Positions 9,651 to 18,107 are shown, counted from the stretch's first letter. The stretch: 61,083 nucleotides of DNA from a virus (IMGVR_UViG_3300043640_000419:1-61083); one strand, 5' to 3'. Notes: generated by a model not told the origin, from the letters alone. Translations and numbers: made by a program.

Positions 9651-10880
9651 GCGCCGCGCCCCGCCTCAATCGCCACGACCTCGGCGGCGCACCCTTCGAT
9701 GAAGTTCGCCCACGCCGTCATCATCTCGCGGCGCTTCTCGAACATCGTGCCGCGCTGGTAGGCGGCGACGGTCTTATCGCCGATGGTGTGCGCCAGCGCC
9801 GCCTCGGCGATCTCGTGCGCGAAGCCGGTCTTATCGGCCACCCACGTCCGAAAGGTCGCCCGGAACCCGTGCGGCGTGACGTCGACCTTCATCCGTCGCA
9901 ACGTCATCTTCATCACCATGCGCGACAGCGGAGCGCCTTCGTGCTGGCCGGGAAACACGAAGTCGTCGATGCGCACAGCAGCAAGCTTGCGCAGGAGCGC
10001 GACCGCCGGGTCAGACAGCGGCGGCGCCGGCCTTCATTCGATCGGGCGGCACCGTCCAGACGCGCACATCATTATCGATCTCCGGCCAGCGCGCGCCCAA
10101 GACCTCGCCGGTTCGACATGCGGTGAGGATGGTGAACTCGAGCGCTCGCGCGCCCATGCCATCCTGCATTTGCAATTTGGGCCAGAACGCGGGCAGCTCG
10201 GCATAGGGCAGGCTCTTGTGATGAACGACGCGCCGCACCTTTCCCGCTGCCGGCAGGATCTTCGACAGAACGCCTTTCCAGCGAGCCGGATTGTCGCCCT
10301 CGCGCGCGCCGCGCGCGGCGGCATAGTCGAGGATGGCCTCGATGCGGCCGCGCACCCTGCTTGCCGTCTCGGTCTTGGTCGACCAGATCGGCGACAGCAC
10401 CTAGAGCACGAGACCGGTGTCGACGCTGCCGACCGCAAGGCTGCCGATCTCTGGATAGACATACGTATCGAGGGTGACGCTCCATTGGCTGGCGTGCTTC
10501 GCGTTGCGCCATCCGCTCCGCATCGATTCGATATAGGCCTCGGCGGCCTGCTGGAACGTCATCGCCTTCGCTGCGGCGAGTACCGACTCGGCGCGCCACG
10601 CCGTCCGGTGTTCGATCGGATCGACCCCGTCCCGCACCAGCGTCTTTGCCTGAGCCGCGAACTGGCGAGCCGCAGCCAGGGAAACCGCGCTCGACGTGCC
10701 GGCGGCCGGGCCCAGGCCCATGTCGCGGCGCCGGCCGTTGAGCTGGAAGCGGAATGTCCAGCTCTTGCTTCCGGCCGCCGTGACCTGCAGGTAGAGCCCG
10801 TCGCCGTCGGCATGAAGGCCGGGCCGCTTCTCGGTTTGAACCTGTCTGGAATTCAGCGCAGACGCCACCCGCTTGGACAT
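9647..10880 (-). pseudogene. int: P4-type tyrosine integrase with an in-frame TAG (10401-10403) and a frameshift near 10020
   Basis: HADGDGLYLQV arm domain, TACRTGEV, PHGFRATFR, ALAH, AAYQR. Confidence 0.9.
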
Positions 10881-11079
10881 TCGACCCTCTTCGCGTGATG
10901 GGTCGGTGGCGAGCCACTCGGCCAGTCTGGTGGTCTTGGCTCGCCGCACCCACCACTTCACCCATCATCAGGCGCTGGATTGTGGCGGTCAAGGGTGGAT
11001 GGTGGCGGATGGCTTAGGCGGTTTTTGGGCCGTTTATCTGCGTTCTGTGGACGATCATGGAACGCTGCGGACAGTAAAC

Positions 11080-11170
11080 TGGCGGAGCGGGTGAGATTCG
11101 AACTCTTGGTACGCCTGTAGGCAGAACGGCTCTTTTTGATCATTCCAAACAAACATTATCGCACCTCTCC
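11080..11170 (-). tRNA. degenerate tRNA-Ser-like att site (pseudo-tRNA)
   Basis: Minus strand ends GAGTTCGAATCTCACCCGCTCCGCCA, keeps a long variable arm and begins GGAGAGGTG 91 nt from the CCA; D and anticodon arms do not pair. Confidence 0.7.
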
Positions 11171-11940
11171 AAGGGACTCCGCGCCTCCCCCGCTCGGCCC
11201 GTGGGCGCAGTTCTGAAGAGCGACGAATGGCCTTACAGCCTCCCCCTATCACGCTGGAAAGCATCGCACTCGTGAGCGATGAGACAGTGATCTGGGCGCG
11301 CTCGTTCTGCAAGACGTCCCGGACGAAGGTCGACATGGCACATGCTTGAGGCTCGTTGCCAAGAAGAGGAATGGAGCGGATTTGGATCCGTATACCAACG
11401 TCGAGGTAGCGGCAGGGGTCACCCCGCTAGCGAACAGCGGAACGATCACTTCGTCCGAAAATTTGTGACGACCCGGCTACATGGCAAGGTCATCTGAAAC
11501 TGTCGCCAACGAGTGCATCAGTGTTGGCCGACAACTTGGAACAGGGCGCTCTGACGCTGGGTGAGTTCGACCGGGATGATGTCGAGAGCGATCATCCTGC
11601 CGGCCTTGCCGCCTTTGCGGGCTCATACGGCAGCGATCTCGCGGGGCCGGGTCGTATGCGAAGCGGCGACGGCGTCGAACGCGTTTTATGCCGCTGCAAA
11701 TTCACGCTCCCGACGCTCCCCTTCGTCCGCAACAGTGCTTTCGGTCCGTCCGAATTGCACTCTACGGCACGTCGGAGCTTGCGGTCGTGTTTAAGAGCCT
11801 TTTGCTCGGCACTGTTGGCGGTGTAGATCGACGTATTCGAGGCAAAGGGCTACGTATCAATGGCGTCGAAACAAGCCGAACCGCCGCCTGCATGCCCAAT
11901 GCCGCCTTCTCGGAAGCGCGCGTCAACACCAGGTTGCAAC

Positions 11941-12222
11941 ATGGAAACATCCACTCGCCCAGACGGTCTTGATCCAATCATGGCAGAAATCATCGAAGCA
12001 CTTGCACGAACAATGGTTAACAATGACAACACCAAGCAGCGTCGGCTCGTCGAGTTCAAGGACGGTTGCCGCTATGGCAAATTCGGAAAAACCAAGGCTT
12101 ATGAGCTTGTCGCCCAACAGCGGATCAAAGCTTTCAAAATGGGAGGCAAAACCATGATCGACCTCGACAGCGTGGACGAATATCACGCCTCGCTGCCCAG
12201 GGTCGAATCCAGAGCCAGCTAG
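11941..12222 (+). CDS. excisionase/AlpA-like HTH protein
   Basis: GKFGKTKAYELVAQQRIKAFKMGGKTMIDLDSVDEY. Confidence 0.85.
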   Translation: METSTRPDGLDPIMAEIIEALARTMVNNDNTKQRRLVEFKDGCRYGKFGKTKAYELVAQQRIKAFKMGGKTMIDLDSVDEYHASLPRVESRAS

Positions 12223-13514
12223 GCTGCGAACCTACTTAGCAGGACGGAACGCTTCTCGTCGCGCAGGCTATCGAGCCGATCAGCCCAATGCTGCATTAAA
12301 CGCACGCGCTCGGCCCAATAGGCCGCACGGTTATAGATGCCGCGAATCTTGTTCTTGTCGCCCTTTCCAAGCTGGCGTCGCACCACCTCGGCGCCACGCC
12401 GCCGCTTTTTTTCCGCCGTGTCATGGGCAAGTTGGGATTCCACTACATCGCCGTCAAACGCGCCTTCCTCGTTGAGCAAGGTCGACGCGGTCGAGCGGAA
12501 GCCGTGCGCGCAGTGGTCGCCACCGGGACCGGTCGCATAGCCCATGATCCGTAGGGCCTTGTTGAGCGTGTTGTCGGACATAGGCACAGCATCATCGTAT
12601 GAGAATAAGTAGCGGCATTGCCCGGTCAAAGGTCGCAGCTTCGCAAGGATAGCAAGCGCCTGATCGGATAGAGGCACTTCGTGAGCATCGCGCATCTTCA
12701 TCTTCTCGGCGGGGATCAGCCATACCCGGTTCGTCTCGTCGAATTCAGTCCACTCCGCTAGCCGCAGTTCGCCCGGCCGCACCATGGTCAAGGCGATCAG
12801 CTTCAGCGCATAGCGCACAAGCCCGCCGTTCTTGGCGTCGTAAACTTCAATCCGGCGCATCAGGTCGCCGACGTCGTCCGGGTCGGTCAGCGCCGGACGC
12901 GGATTGGACTTGGGTGCCTTGGTAAGCGCGTGCTTCAAATCGCGGGTGGGGTCGCTGCCGCAATACGACGCACCAATACCAAATTGGAAGACCCGCGAGG
13001 CCGTCGAGCGCAGCCGGCCGACGGTGTAATATCGGCCGCGGGCTTCGACGCGTCGCATTGCGGTCAGCAACTCGGGCGGCTCGATCTCGCACAATGGTCG
13101 ATCGCCAAGCTCGCTGTCGAGCTGACCGAGATTCCACCGTTCCCGCTTGATCGTCGCTTTTGCCTTGTTTTCCTTTTCGAGCCTCTTGGTCACCCATTCC
13201 TCGCCGACTGCACGAAAGGTGTGCTTGTGCTTCTCGTCGTCCCTTCGCTTCGCCTCACGCACTGCGGCGGGGTCCTGCCCCTGATCAAGTAATTTCTCGG
13301 CATCGTGGCGCTTCTCGCGCGCGGCCCTCAGGCCCACGCCGGGGAAGGTGCCAAAGGACAGGTTCTTGCGTTTGCCGCCGAAACGATAGCGGTAGAGCCA
13401 CAGCTTGGTCCCGTTGTGCCGCACCACGACGCTAAGGCCTTGGCCGTCGGCAATGGTGTATTCCTTGTCAATCGGCTTGGCATTGCGGATTTTCGTGTCG
13501 CTAAGTTCATCCAT
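12219..13514 (-). CDS. int: P4-type tyrosine integrase, intact
   Basis: ADGQGL arm domain; VRPGELR, HGFRST, QLAH and IYNRA catalytic motifs. Confidence 0.95.
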   Translation of the reverse strand: MDELSDTKIRNAKPIDKEYTIADGQGLSVVVRHNGTKLWLYRYRFGGKRKNLSFGTFPGVGLRAAREKRHDAEKLLDQGQDPAAVREAKRRDDEKHKHTFRAVGEEWVTKRLEKENKAKATIKRERWNLGQLDSELGDRPLCEIEPPELLTAMRRVEARGRYYTVGRLRSTASRVFQFGIGASYCGSDPTRDLKHALTKAPKSNPRPALTDPDDVGDLMRRIEVYDAKNGGLVRYALKLIALTMVRPGELRLAEWTEFDETNRVWLIPAEKMKMRDAHEVPLSDQALAILAKLRPLTGQCRYLFSYDDAVPMSDNTLNKALRIMGYATGPGGDHCAHGFRSTASTLLNEEGAFDGDVVESQLAHDTAEKKRRRGAEVVRRQLGKGDKNKIRGIYNRAAYWAERVRLMQHWADRLDSLRDEKRSVLLSRFAA

Positions 13515-13546
13515 GAGAATGGTCCCTCGTAAACGGCGGACCGCCG

Positions 13547-13583
13547 GTGTACCCGGCCTTTCAGGTGTACCCACAGTGTACCC
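13547..13583. repeat. integrase arm-type binding sites
   Basis: GTGTACCC at 13547, 13565 and 13576, between att and the int start. Confidence 0.65.
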
Positions 13584-13716
13584 AGAATCGCCGGATGCCC
13601 AAGGACGGCCGCGAACCGTGCCGGCCAGCAATATGCGCTGAAATGCCTGATTTTACGAGGGTTCTGAGTAGCCGGCGAACGCGCGCGGACGACAAAGAAC
13701 CAGGCCGGATGGAAAA

Positions 13717-13761
13717 TGGTGCCCAGGGGCGGAGTCGAACCACCGACACTGCGATTTTCAG
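13717..13761 (-). tRNA. 3' half of tRNA-Phe(GAA): att core duplication, not a functional tRNA
   Basis: Minus strand CTGAAAATCGCAGTGTCGGTGGTTCGACTCCGCCCCTGGGCACCA starts at the anticodon loop; 5' half absent. Confidence 0.9.
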
Positions 13762-13800
13762 GTGGGTCCGCCCGCCAGCAATATCAATCACTTAGCCATT

Positions 13801-13844
13801 GGCCGATCGTCTAAAAGGCCTGTAGATATCGGCCGATTGTCTAA
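13801..13844. repeat. att arm-type direct repeats
   Basis: GGCCGATCGTCTAA (13801) and GGCCGATTGTCTAA (13831); TGTCTAA recurs at 61077-61083. Confidence 0.6.
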
Positions 13845-13916
13845 GCCGTTGGCCGGCGCGGCCGCTCGTCCATCCCGGCGCATTCGGGCCGAAGAGCTGC
13901 GCGCGCCCTCATTCGT

Positions 13917-14258
13917 CTACCGGAGCACGAAGCTGATGGGAGCCAGGCACCAAACCGGCTCGGCGACGGTCTCCCACTGCGCGCCGCGAGCGGCCTGGAG
14001 CGCAGCGTTATCGAGATCAACCCATCCAGAGGACCGCTGAATGCGAACCTCACGGGCTTTCCCGTCGACTCCGACCAGTACGCGCACCACAACGAGACCC
14101 TCCACGTGCTGCTGCCGCATGGTCTCGGGGTAGACGGGCTTAGGCCCTCGCACGTAGCGGGGAGGCCCGACGAAGGTATCGTCGTTCACCGCTTGCGCCA
14201 TCGGACTGAGCGTAAGCGCCACCAGAAGCACGTTTAGTCGAAGGCGGTGTTTTTTCAC
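13917..14258 (-). CDS. secreted stand-alone TonB C-terminal domain protein
   Basis: Signal peptide ending AQA; PVYPETMRQQHVEGLVVVRVLVGVDG...SSGWVDLDNAALQAA. Confidence 0.85.
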   Translation of the reverse strand: MKKHRLRLNVLLVALTLSPMAQAVNDDTFVGPPRYVRGPKPVYPETMRQQHVEGLVVVRVLVGVDGKAREVRIQRSSGWVDLDNAALQAARGAQWETVAEPVWCLAPISFVLR

Positions 14259-14735
14259 GGCTCTCAGGCTGCCTCCTACCGGTTGACCCGACTAGCGTAG
14301 GTAAACAGCGGCTGCTCGCCAAGGGCGAAAGCTTGCGCGTGCACTCCACGGAAGGTGGTGGCATAGTCGGAAGAACAACAACCGGAGGAAGCGGTGGCAA
14401 GATGGATCTAATCTGCCGGCCGGGACCGTGATCCACGGAGCATTACGCCGCCAAGGCCCCAAACCCGCCCCGTACAGCGCCTCGGCCCGCAGCCGCCCCG
14501 ATGTGCCGCCGACCAGGCGCTCGCCACGTGCCGCCCAGCCCTGCCGCGCGGTCAGCCCTTCCGCCGCGACCTCTTCGGCTTCCACGCCAGCAGGTCCATT
14601 GTCTCGTCGCACCGCTCCCGGTTCCGGCGGTTGGCGGCGTAGATCTCCGGTATTAGGTAGCAACCACACCTGCCGAGGTTTGGCGCCTAATGCCTCCGAA
14701 CGGAGGCAGTCGTGAAACCGGCTATTATTATTCTT

Positions 14736-15719
14736 TTAGGTAGCAGTGTTTTGGGCGCCCACTGGCATGATCGGGATTGCTTCTCCCATCCGCCCCTCGG
14801 GGTCCGACGCCATCCCGCCTTGGTGTTCGGCCAACATGCAGACTTCGGTCAGGCGCCGATCTGGCCGATAGATGTCTCTGTATCTCATAAGGAGATACAC
14901 GAAGACGACGAATTTTCCACTGCGGAAGTCAGCGGTTTCCTGGTCGTTCAGACACAAATTGGGAGAGAAGAACCGTATACCGTGGCCGACCGTCCCTGTT
15001 TTGGCAATCTCTGCCGTAGGTATCGGCGGCACATCGAAGACGGGCGCGGGGCTGCCCTTGGGAAGAATGCGATAGGAGAGATGTGCATTCACATCCAGGG
15101 CCGGCGTTTGGCCAACGTTCATCCACTCGAACCTAAACGCGAGACCATCTCTGACTGGAAGGTCGCCGATCGAACCGTTGAAGGGTCCCGTGTGGCACCG
15201 GGCGTGGAAAAGCCAGGCGCGGTTGACTTGCAGAGCTGCTTCGGCGGCATCGGCGGCCTTAATGGCAGCAGCGGTGGATTTCTCAGCAATGCGCGCCGCG
15301 TCAGCGGCGGCCCAAGCGGCCCAAGCGGTGGCGAACAGGGTGAGGAAAAGAAATGCGGCCCCTACGACGGAAGCGCGTGTCTGGAGATCCGAGTACCAGA
15401 GGGCATACTGAGTCGCATTGGCGGAGCGCATGGCTTGGTCGAGATCGCGGTAGCCCTTGCGCTGGGCTACGGCTTTGTCCTCGCAATCGTCTATCTTGTA
15501 AGGGGTCGCCCCCGATAGTTCGCGCTTCGCGAGTATAGACGCGCACTCGGGGTCCAGCCCCGCAAAGTATGCGTCAAACGCCTCTAGTGATTGGAGGGCG
15601 GGCTTGGGCGGCATGGTGAGCCAAAGACCAACCCCGACTACAGCCGCGAGCAAAATCGCGACGGCAAGCCCTATGGCTCGCTGAGCCGCAGTGTTGTGCA
15701 GCCAATTGCCGATAGACAT
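14736..15719 (-). CDS. membrane-anchored hypothetical passenger protein
   Basis: Two TM segments, an Ala-rich coil, then a RAWL...NVGQTPALDV soluble domain. Confidence 0.75.
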   Translation of the reverse strand: MSIGNWLHNTAAQRAIGLAVAILLAAVVGVGLWLTMPPKPALQSLEAFDAYFAGLDPECASILAKRELSGATPYKIDDCEDKAVAQRKGYRDLDQAMRSANATQYALWYSDLQTRASVVGAAFLFLTLFATAWAAWAAADAARIAEKSTAAAIKAADAAEAALQVNRAWLFHARCHTGPFNGSIGDLPVRDGLAFRFEWMNVGQTPALDVNAHLSYRILPKGSPAPVFDVPPIPTAEIAKTGTVGHGIRFFSPNLCLNDQETADFRSGKFVVFVYLLMRYRDIYRPDRRLTEVCMLAEHQGGMASDPEGRMGEAIPIMPVGAQNTAT

Positions 15720-15800
15720 TGGATCAAGAACGCCGCTGTGAATCCGCCACGGCTGATCTTGTTCGCAATGTTGCGCTCTGTCTCGGGGATTCCCATGTGC
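15671..15800 (-). pseudogene. C-terminal remnant of a DUF6471-like HTH protein
   Basis: MGIPETERNIANKISRGGFTAAFLIQCLSAIGC; N-terminus missing. Confidence 0.65.
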
Positions 15801-15912
15801 CAGCCCGCTTGTATTGCGATTCGATGTTGTTCCCTTCGGTACATTCGCTGTTGTCGTGGTGCACGTTGGGGGTGTTCTGCTTCACTGAATGAAACGCGGC
15901 TACTCTCGGCAT
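15797..15912 (-). pseudogene. truncated small His/Cys protein
   Basis: MPRVAAFHSVKQNTPNVHHDNSECTEGNNIE with GGAG RBS; runs into the DUF6471-like remnant, suggesting a deletion junction. Confidence 0.5.
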
Positions 15913-16128
15913 GCGCCCTCCTTTTGGTTGTGGGCGCATCCACTCTACAGGCTCCGTCTGTGGAGAGTCTGCTACCATGAGTAGCGAAAAACAGTCAGCA
16001 TTCTTGTCCTATTTGCGAACGACAACTAGAACCTTGACGTAATTCTCGCCCGGCCCGAGCATCAGTGTGTTGCGAAGCAAAGATGCGGGAGAGCGACAGC
16101 TACCATCAACCCTTGTGAAAGGACTGCC

Positions 16129-16203
16129 TTGATCTCCTTGGAGTTCAAGCATGGCCGGCTGGTGATTCGGTTCACCATCTGGTTCCTGCCCTTCATGTCG
16201 TAA
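16129..16203 (+). CDS. 24-aa hydrophobic peptide (not in the ORF track)
   Basis: AAAGGA RBS, TTG start, MISLEFKHGRLVIRFTIWFLPFMS, upstream TTGACG, followed by a terminator. Confidence 0.45.
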   Translation: MISLEFKHGRLVIRFTIWFLPFMS

Positions 16204-16208
16204 CAGGG

Positions 16209-16244
16209 GGCGGGGCTGTCGGAAGGCGGCCCCGCCTTCTTCTT
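16209..16244 (+). terminator. Rho-independent terminator
   Basis: GGCGGGGCTGTC-GGAA-GGCGGCCCCGCC followed by TTCTTCTT. Confidence 0.65.
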
Positions 16245-16877
16245 GGGCTAGGTGTGGTTGCTACCTAATACCGTAGATCTCGGCCAGGGTCGGCGGTGGC
16301 GCAGTCTCGCGGGCATGGAAGGCGGCCAGGCTCTCGCCCATCAGCCGGCGCTCGTTGTCGAGGCGGCGTGCGGCGGCGTGGCTGGCATAGGCGGGGTTTG
16401 GCGCCATGCGACGTATATGCAGGCGGGGCGATCGGCTTGCAAGCATTCGGTGCCCGGGATCGCTGGCGGGCCTGCATCGGATGATGATCGCGGCCGCGGC
16501 GGTGATCAGGGCTGGCGCTCGGGCTTGGCGAGGTCCAGTTCGCCATGGCGAAACGGCTGTTTCCAGATTTCCGGAATTTCGGAATTTTCCAATGCGGCCG
16601 CCCGTTCCGCCGCGGTGCGTACAGCCGGCCGGTGGTCCATTTCGGTGCATACAGGGGTGACCAGCCCGACATCGTGAATCCCGATATCGGTATACCGATT
16701 TCGCCCCCGAGCTTATGTAACTCGTTCGTCGACGACGCCCGCAAAAGCCGACCCCGTCAGCGTTTTGTTATATCAGGCGATGACGGCCCGCCAGTCCGGC
16801 CGCCGCCAGTCGCTCCTGTCCCCGGTGACCAGCCTCGAGGCCATCACACCAGCCGTCGTTTGTGCCACCATCCGCCC

Positions 16878-17435
16878 ATGGCCCGCGTCACGCGCTCCCC
16901 GCCGAAGCCGAAGCCGAAGTACCTGCACGAGGTCCGCGTCGGGCATGAGGCTGCCGAGCAGGCGTGGCTGTGGGAGCACGTCGAGCGCATCGCCGGGCCG
17001 CGGGGCTTCAGGAAGCGCACGCCCTTCTGGGCCTACACGATCGTCGCCTTTGCGGCGAAGGAGCAGGCGGACGAGCTCGCCCTCATCGTGCGCCGGTACC
17101 GGGAGGCGGAAGAACGGCGGGTCGCCCGGCAATGGCCGTGCCCTGTTCGCGCCAGGTACGAGGAGGCAGCGGCATCCCAGCACGCCATCATCTGGGGTCT
17201 GTCGACGGGCATCATCCGCGACGTCGTGCGGACTTACCGGCAGGAGCGCCGCGACTGCAGCACGCATGGCCACCCGAACTGGGTTGCTTCGGACGTCATT
17301 CTCGCCGCCGCACCGTCGATCGATCGTGACCGCGCCCGGAAGATGGTCGACGCCATGCTGGCCTGGGTGATTGCCCGGCATGCCACGTGGTTTTGGGCCG
17401 GCCTGCAGGGAGATCAGATCATCAATAAATATTGA
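16878..17435 (+). CDS. hypothetical protein
   Basis: GC3-rich codon use; plausible globular sequence. Confidence 0.6.
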   Translation: MARVTRSPPKPKPKYLHEVRVGHEAAEQAWLWEHVERIAGPRGFRKRTPFWAYTIVAFAAKEQADELALIVRRYREAEERRVARQWPCPVRARYEEAAASQHAIIWGLSTGIIRDVVRTYRQERRDCSTHGHPNWVASDVILAAAPSIDRDRARKMVDAMLAWVIARHATWFWAGLQGDQIINKY

Positions 17436-17445
17436 AACTAGGGAC

Positions 17446-17474
17446 TTGCAGCCGGACGGCTCTGGATATATATT
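17446..17474 (+). promoter_or_regulatory. sigma70-like promoter
   Basis: TTGCAG-N17-TATATT, overlapped by the near-palindrome TGGATATATATTCA. Confidence 0.65.
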
Positions 17475-17522
17475 CACATCCATCGGCAGGGCGTCGCCCG
17501 CCAAACTGGGAAGGACCCGAAG

Positions 17523-18107
17523 ATGACCACCCTCTACACCATCGACGACCATGGCGAGATCACCAGCGGCCTGACCGCGGTCGAGGCCGCCACCATCCTG
17601 CTCAATGACGACAGCGCCGACTTTGAGATCAGGGCCGGCGAGGAGTGCACAGGCATCCTGAAGGGCGAGCGGCACTACGAGCTCTGGACCCGGAAGCAGG
17701 TAGCGAACAAGCCGTGGAGTAAGACGGTCATCTCCGTCATCGCCGACACCGAAGAAGCCGCCGAGACCGAGATCGCCGAGAAGGTGATCCGCTCGGGTCA
17801 CTGGACGAAGGGCGAGCTGGATTGCCGCACGGACGAGCAGAACGCCGCGATGATGGCCGAGCTGGCTGCGGATCAGGTCGGCGAAGACGCATGGTATCTG
17901 ATCGGAGGCAGTAACCTGCAAGCGATCTATGCCTACGGCACGGCCAACGAGGCCGATCGGTACTGCGATGCCCTCAATGATGGCCGCGAGATCAACCTCT
18001 GCGGGGCGCACCCGATGACGGCGGACGAGATCGCCGATCGACCGCACATCGAGGATGAGGGATTCAATCTCGACGACGAGCTGGCCGCCCGCGCCGGCCT
18101 GCGCTGA
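17523..18107 (+). CDS. acidic hypothetical protein
   Basis: AAGGA RBS; D/E-rich; first gene of the operon. Confidence 0.8.
   Translation: MTTLYTIDDHGEITSGLTAVEAATILLNDDSADFEIRAGEECTGILKGERHYELWTRKQVANKPWSKTVISVIADTEEAAETEIAEKVIRSGHWTKGELDCRTDEQNAAMMAELAADQVGEDAWYLIGGSNLQAIYAYGTANEADRYCDALNDGREINLCGAHPMTADEIADRPHIEDEGFNLDDELAARAGLR

Larger units (their letters stand above)
1..11105 (-). mobile_element. PICI/P4-like phage satellite, degenerate; left end not seen and may lie outside the window
   Basis: Order on the minus strand: tRNA-Ser 3' end, P4-type integrase, hypothetical, AlpA-like HTH, PC4/YdbC, DnaB-N/AAA_25 Rep, iteron cluster, morphogenesis-like genes, cargo. No capsid or terminase gene. 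Several frameshifts and stops. Whether the cargo at 1-4.8 kb belongs to it is inferred. Confidence 0.75.
11171..13716 (-). mobile_element. minimal integrative element (integrase plus convergent excisionase) at the tRNA-Phe 3' end
   Basis: Intact int transcribed away from the tRNA-Phe fragment, arm-type repeats, xis-like gene, little else. Confidence 0.7.
14648..16273. mobile_element. non-autonomous IS1595-family (ISNha5-like ends) insertion cassette
   Basis: Perfect 24-bp terminal IRs CGGTATTAGGTAGCAACCACACCT; 8-bp TSD TAGATCTC (14640-14647 and 16274-16281); no transposase. Confidence 0.88.
14552..16407 (-). pseudogene. 73-aa phage ORF interrupted by the IS1595-like cassette
   Basis: Removing 14648-16273 and one TSD copy gives an open frame MAPNPAYASH...TLAEIYAANRRNRERC...RRKG*. 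Confidence 0.7.

Noticed and set aside
521-10880. Stop-codon reassignment or readthrough in radC and int
   Set aside because: The stops differ (TGA and TAG), co-occur with frameshifts, and the same codons end normal genes; decay is simpler
1-11080. Satellite copy of the helper cos site or a terS gene
   Set aside because: I did not find GGGTCCT or a terminase small subunit by eye; the packaging signal remains unidentified and may be outside the window
11171-11900. Protein-coding genes between the pseudo-tRNA and xis
   Set aside because: Short ORFs in several frames with no motif or clear RBS; none could be supported
13717-13761. Functional tRNA-Phe
   Set aside because: Only the anticodon loop to CCA is present
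16017-16032. LexA box
   Set aside because: GAAC-N8-GAAC; the spacing does not fit the N7 consensus
14641-16280. Invertible segment flanked by 31-bp inverted repeats
   Set aside because: The outer part of the apparent IR is the near-palindromic 8-bp TSD; there is no invertase, and the empty site restores an ORF, so an IS-type insertion explains it better
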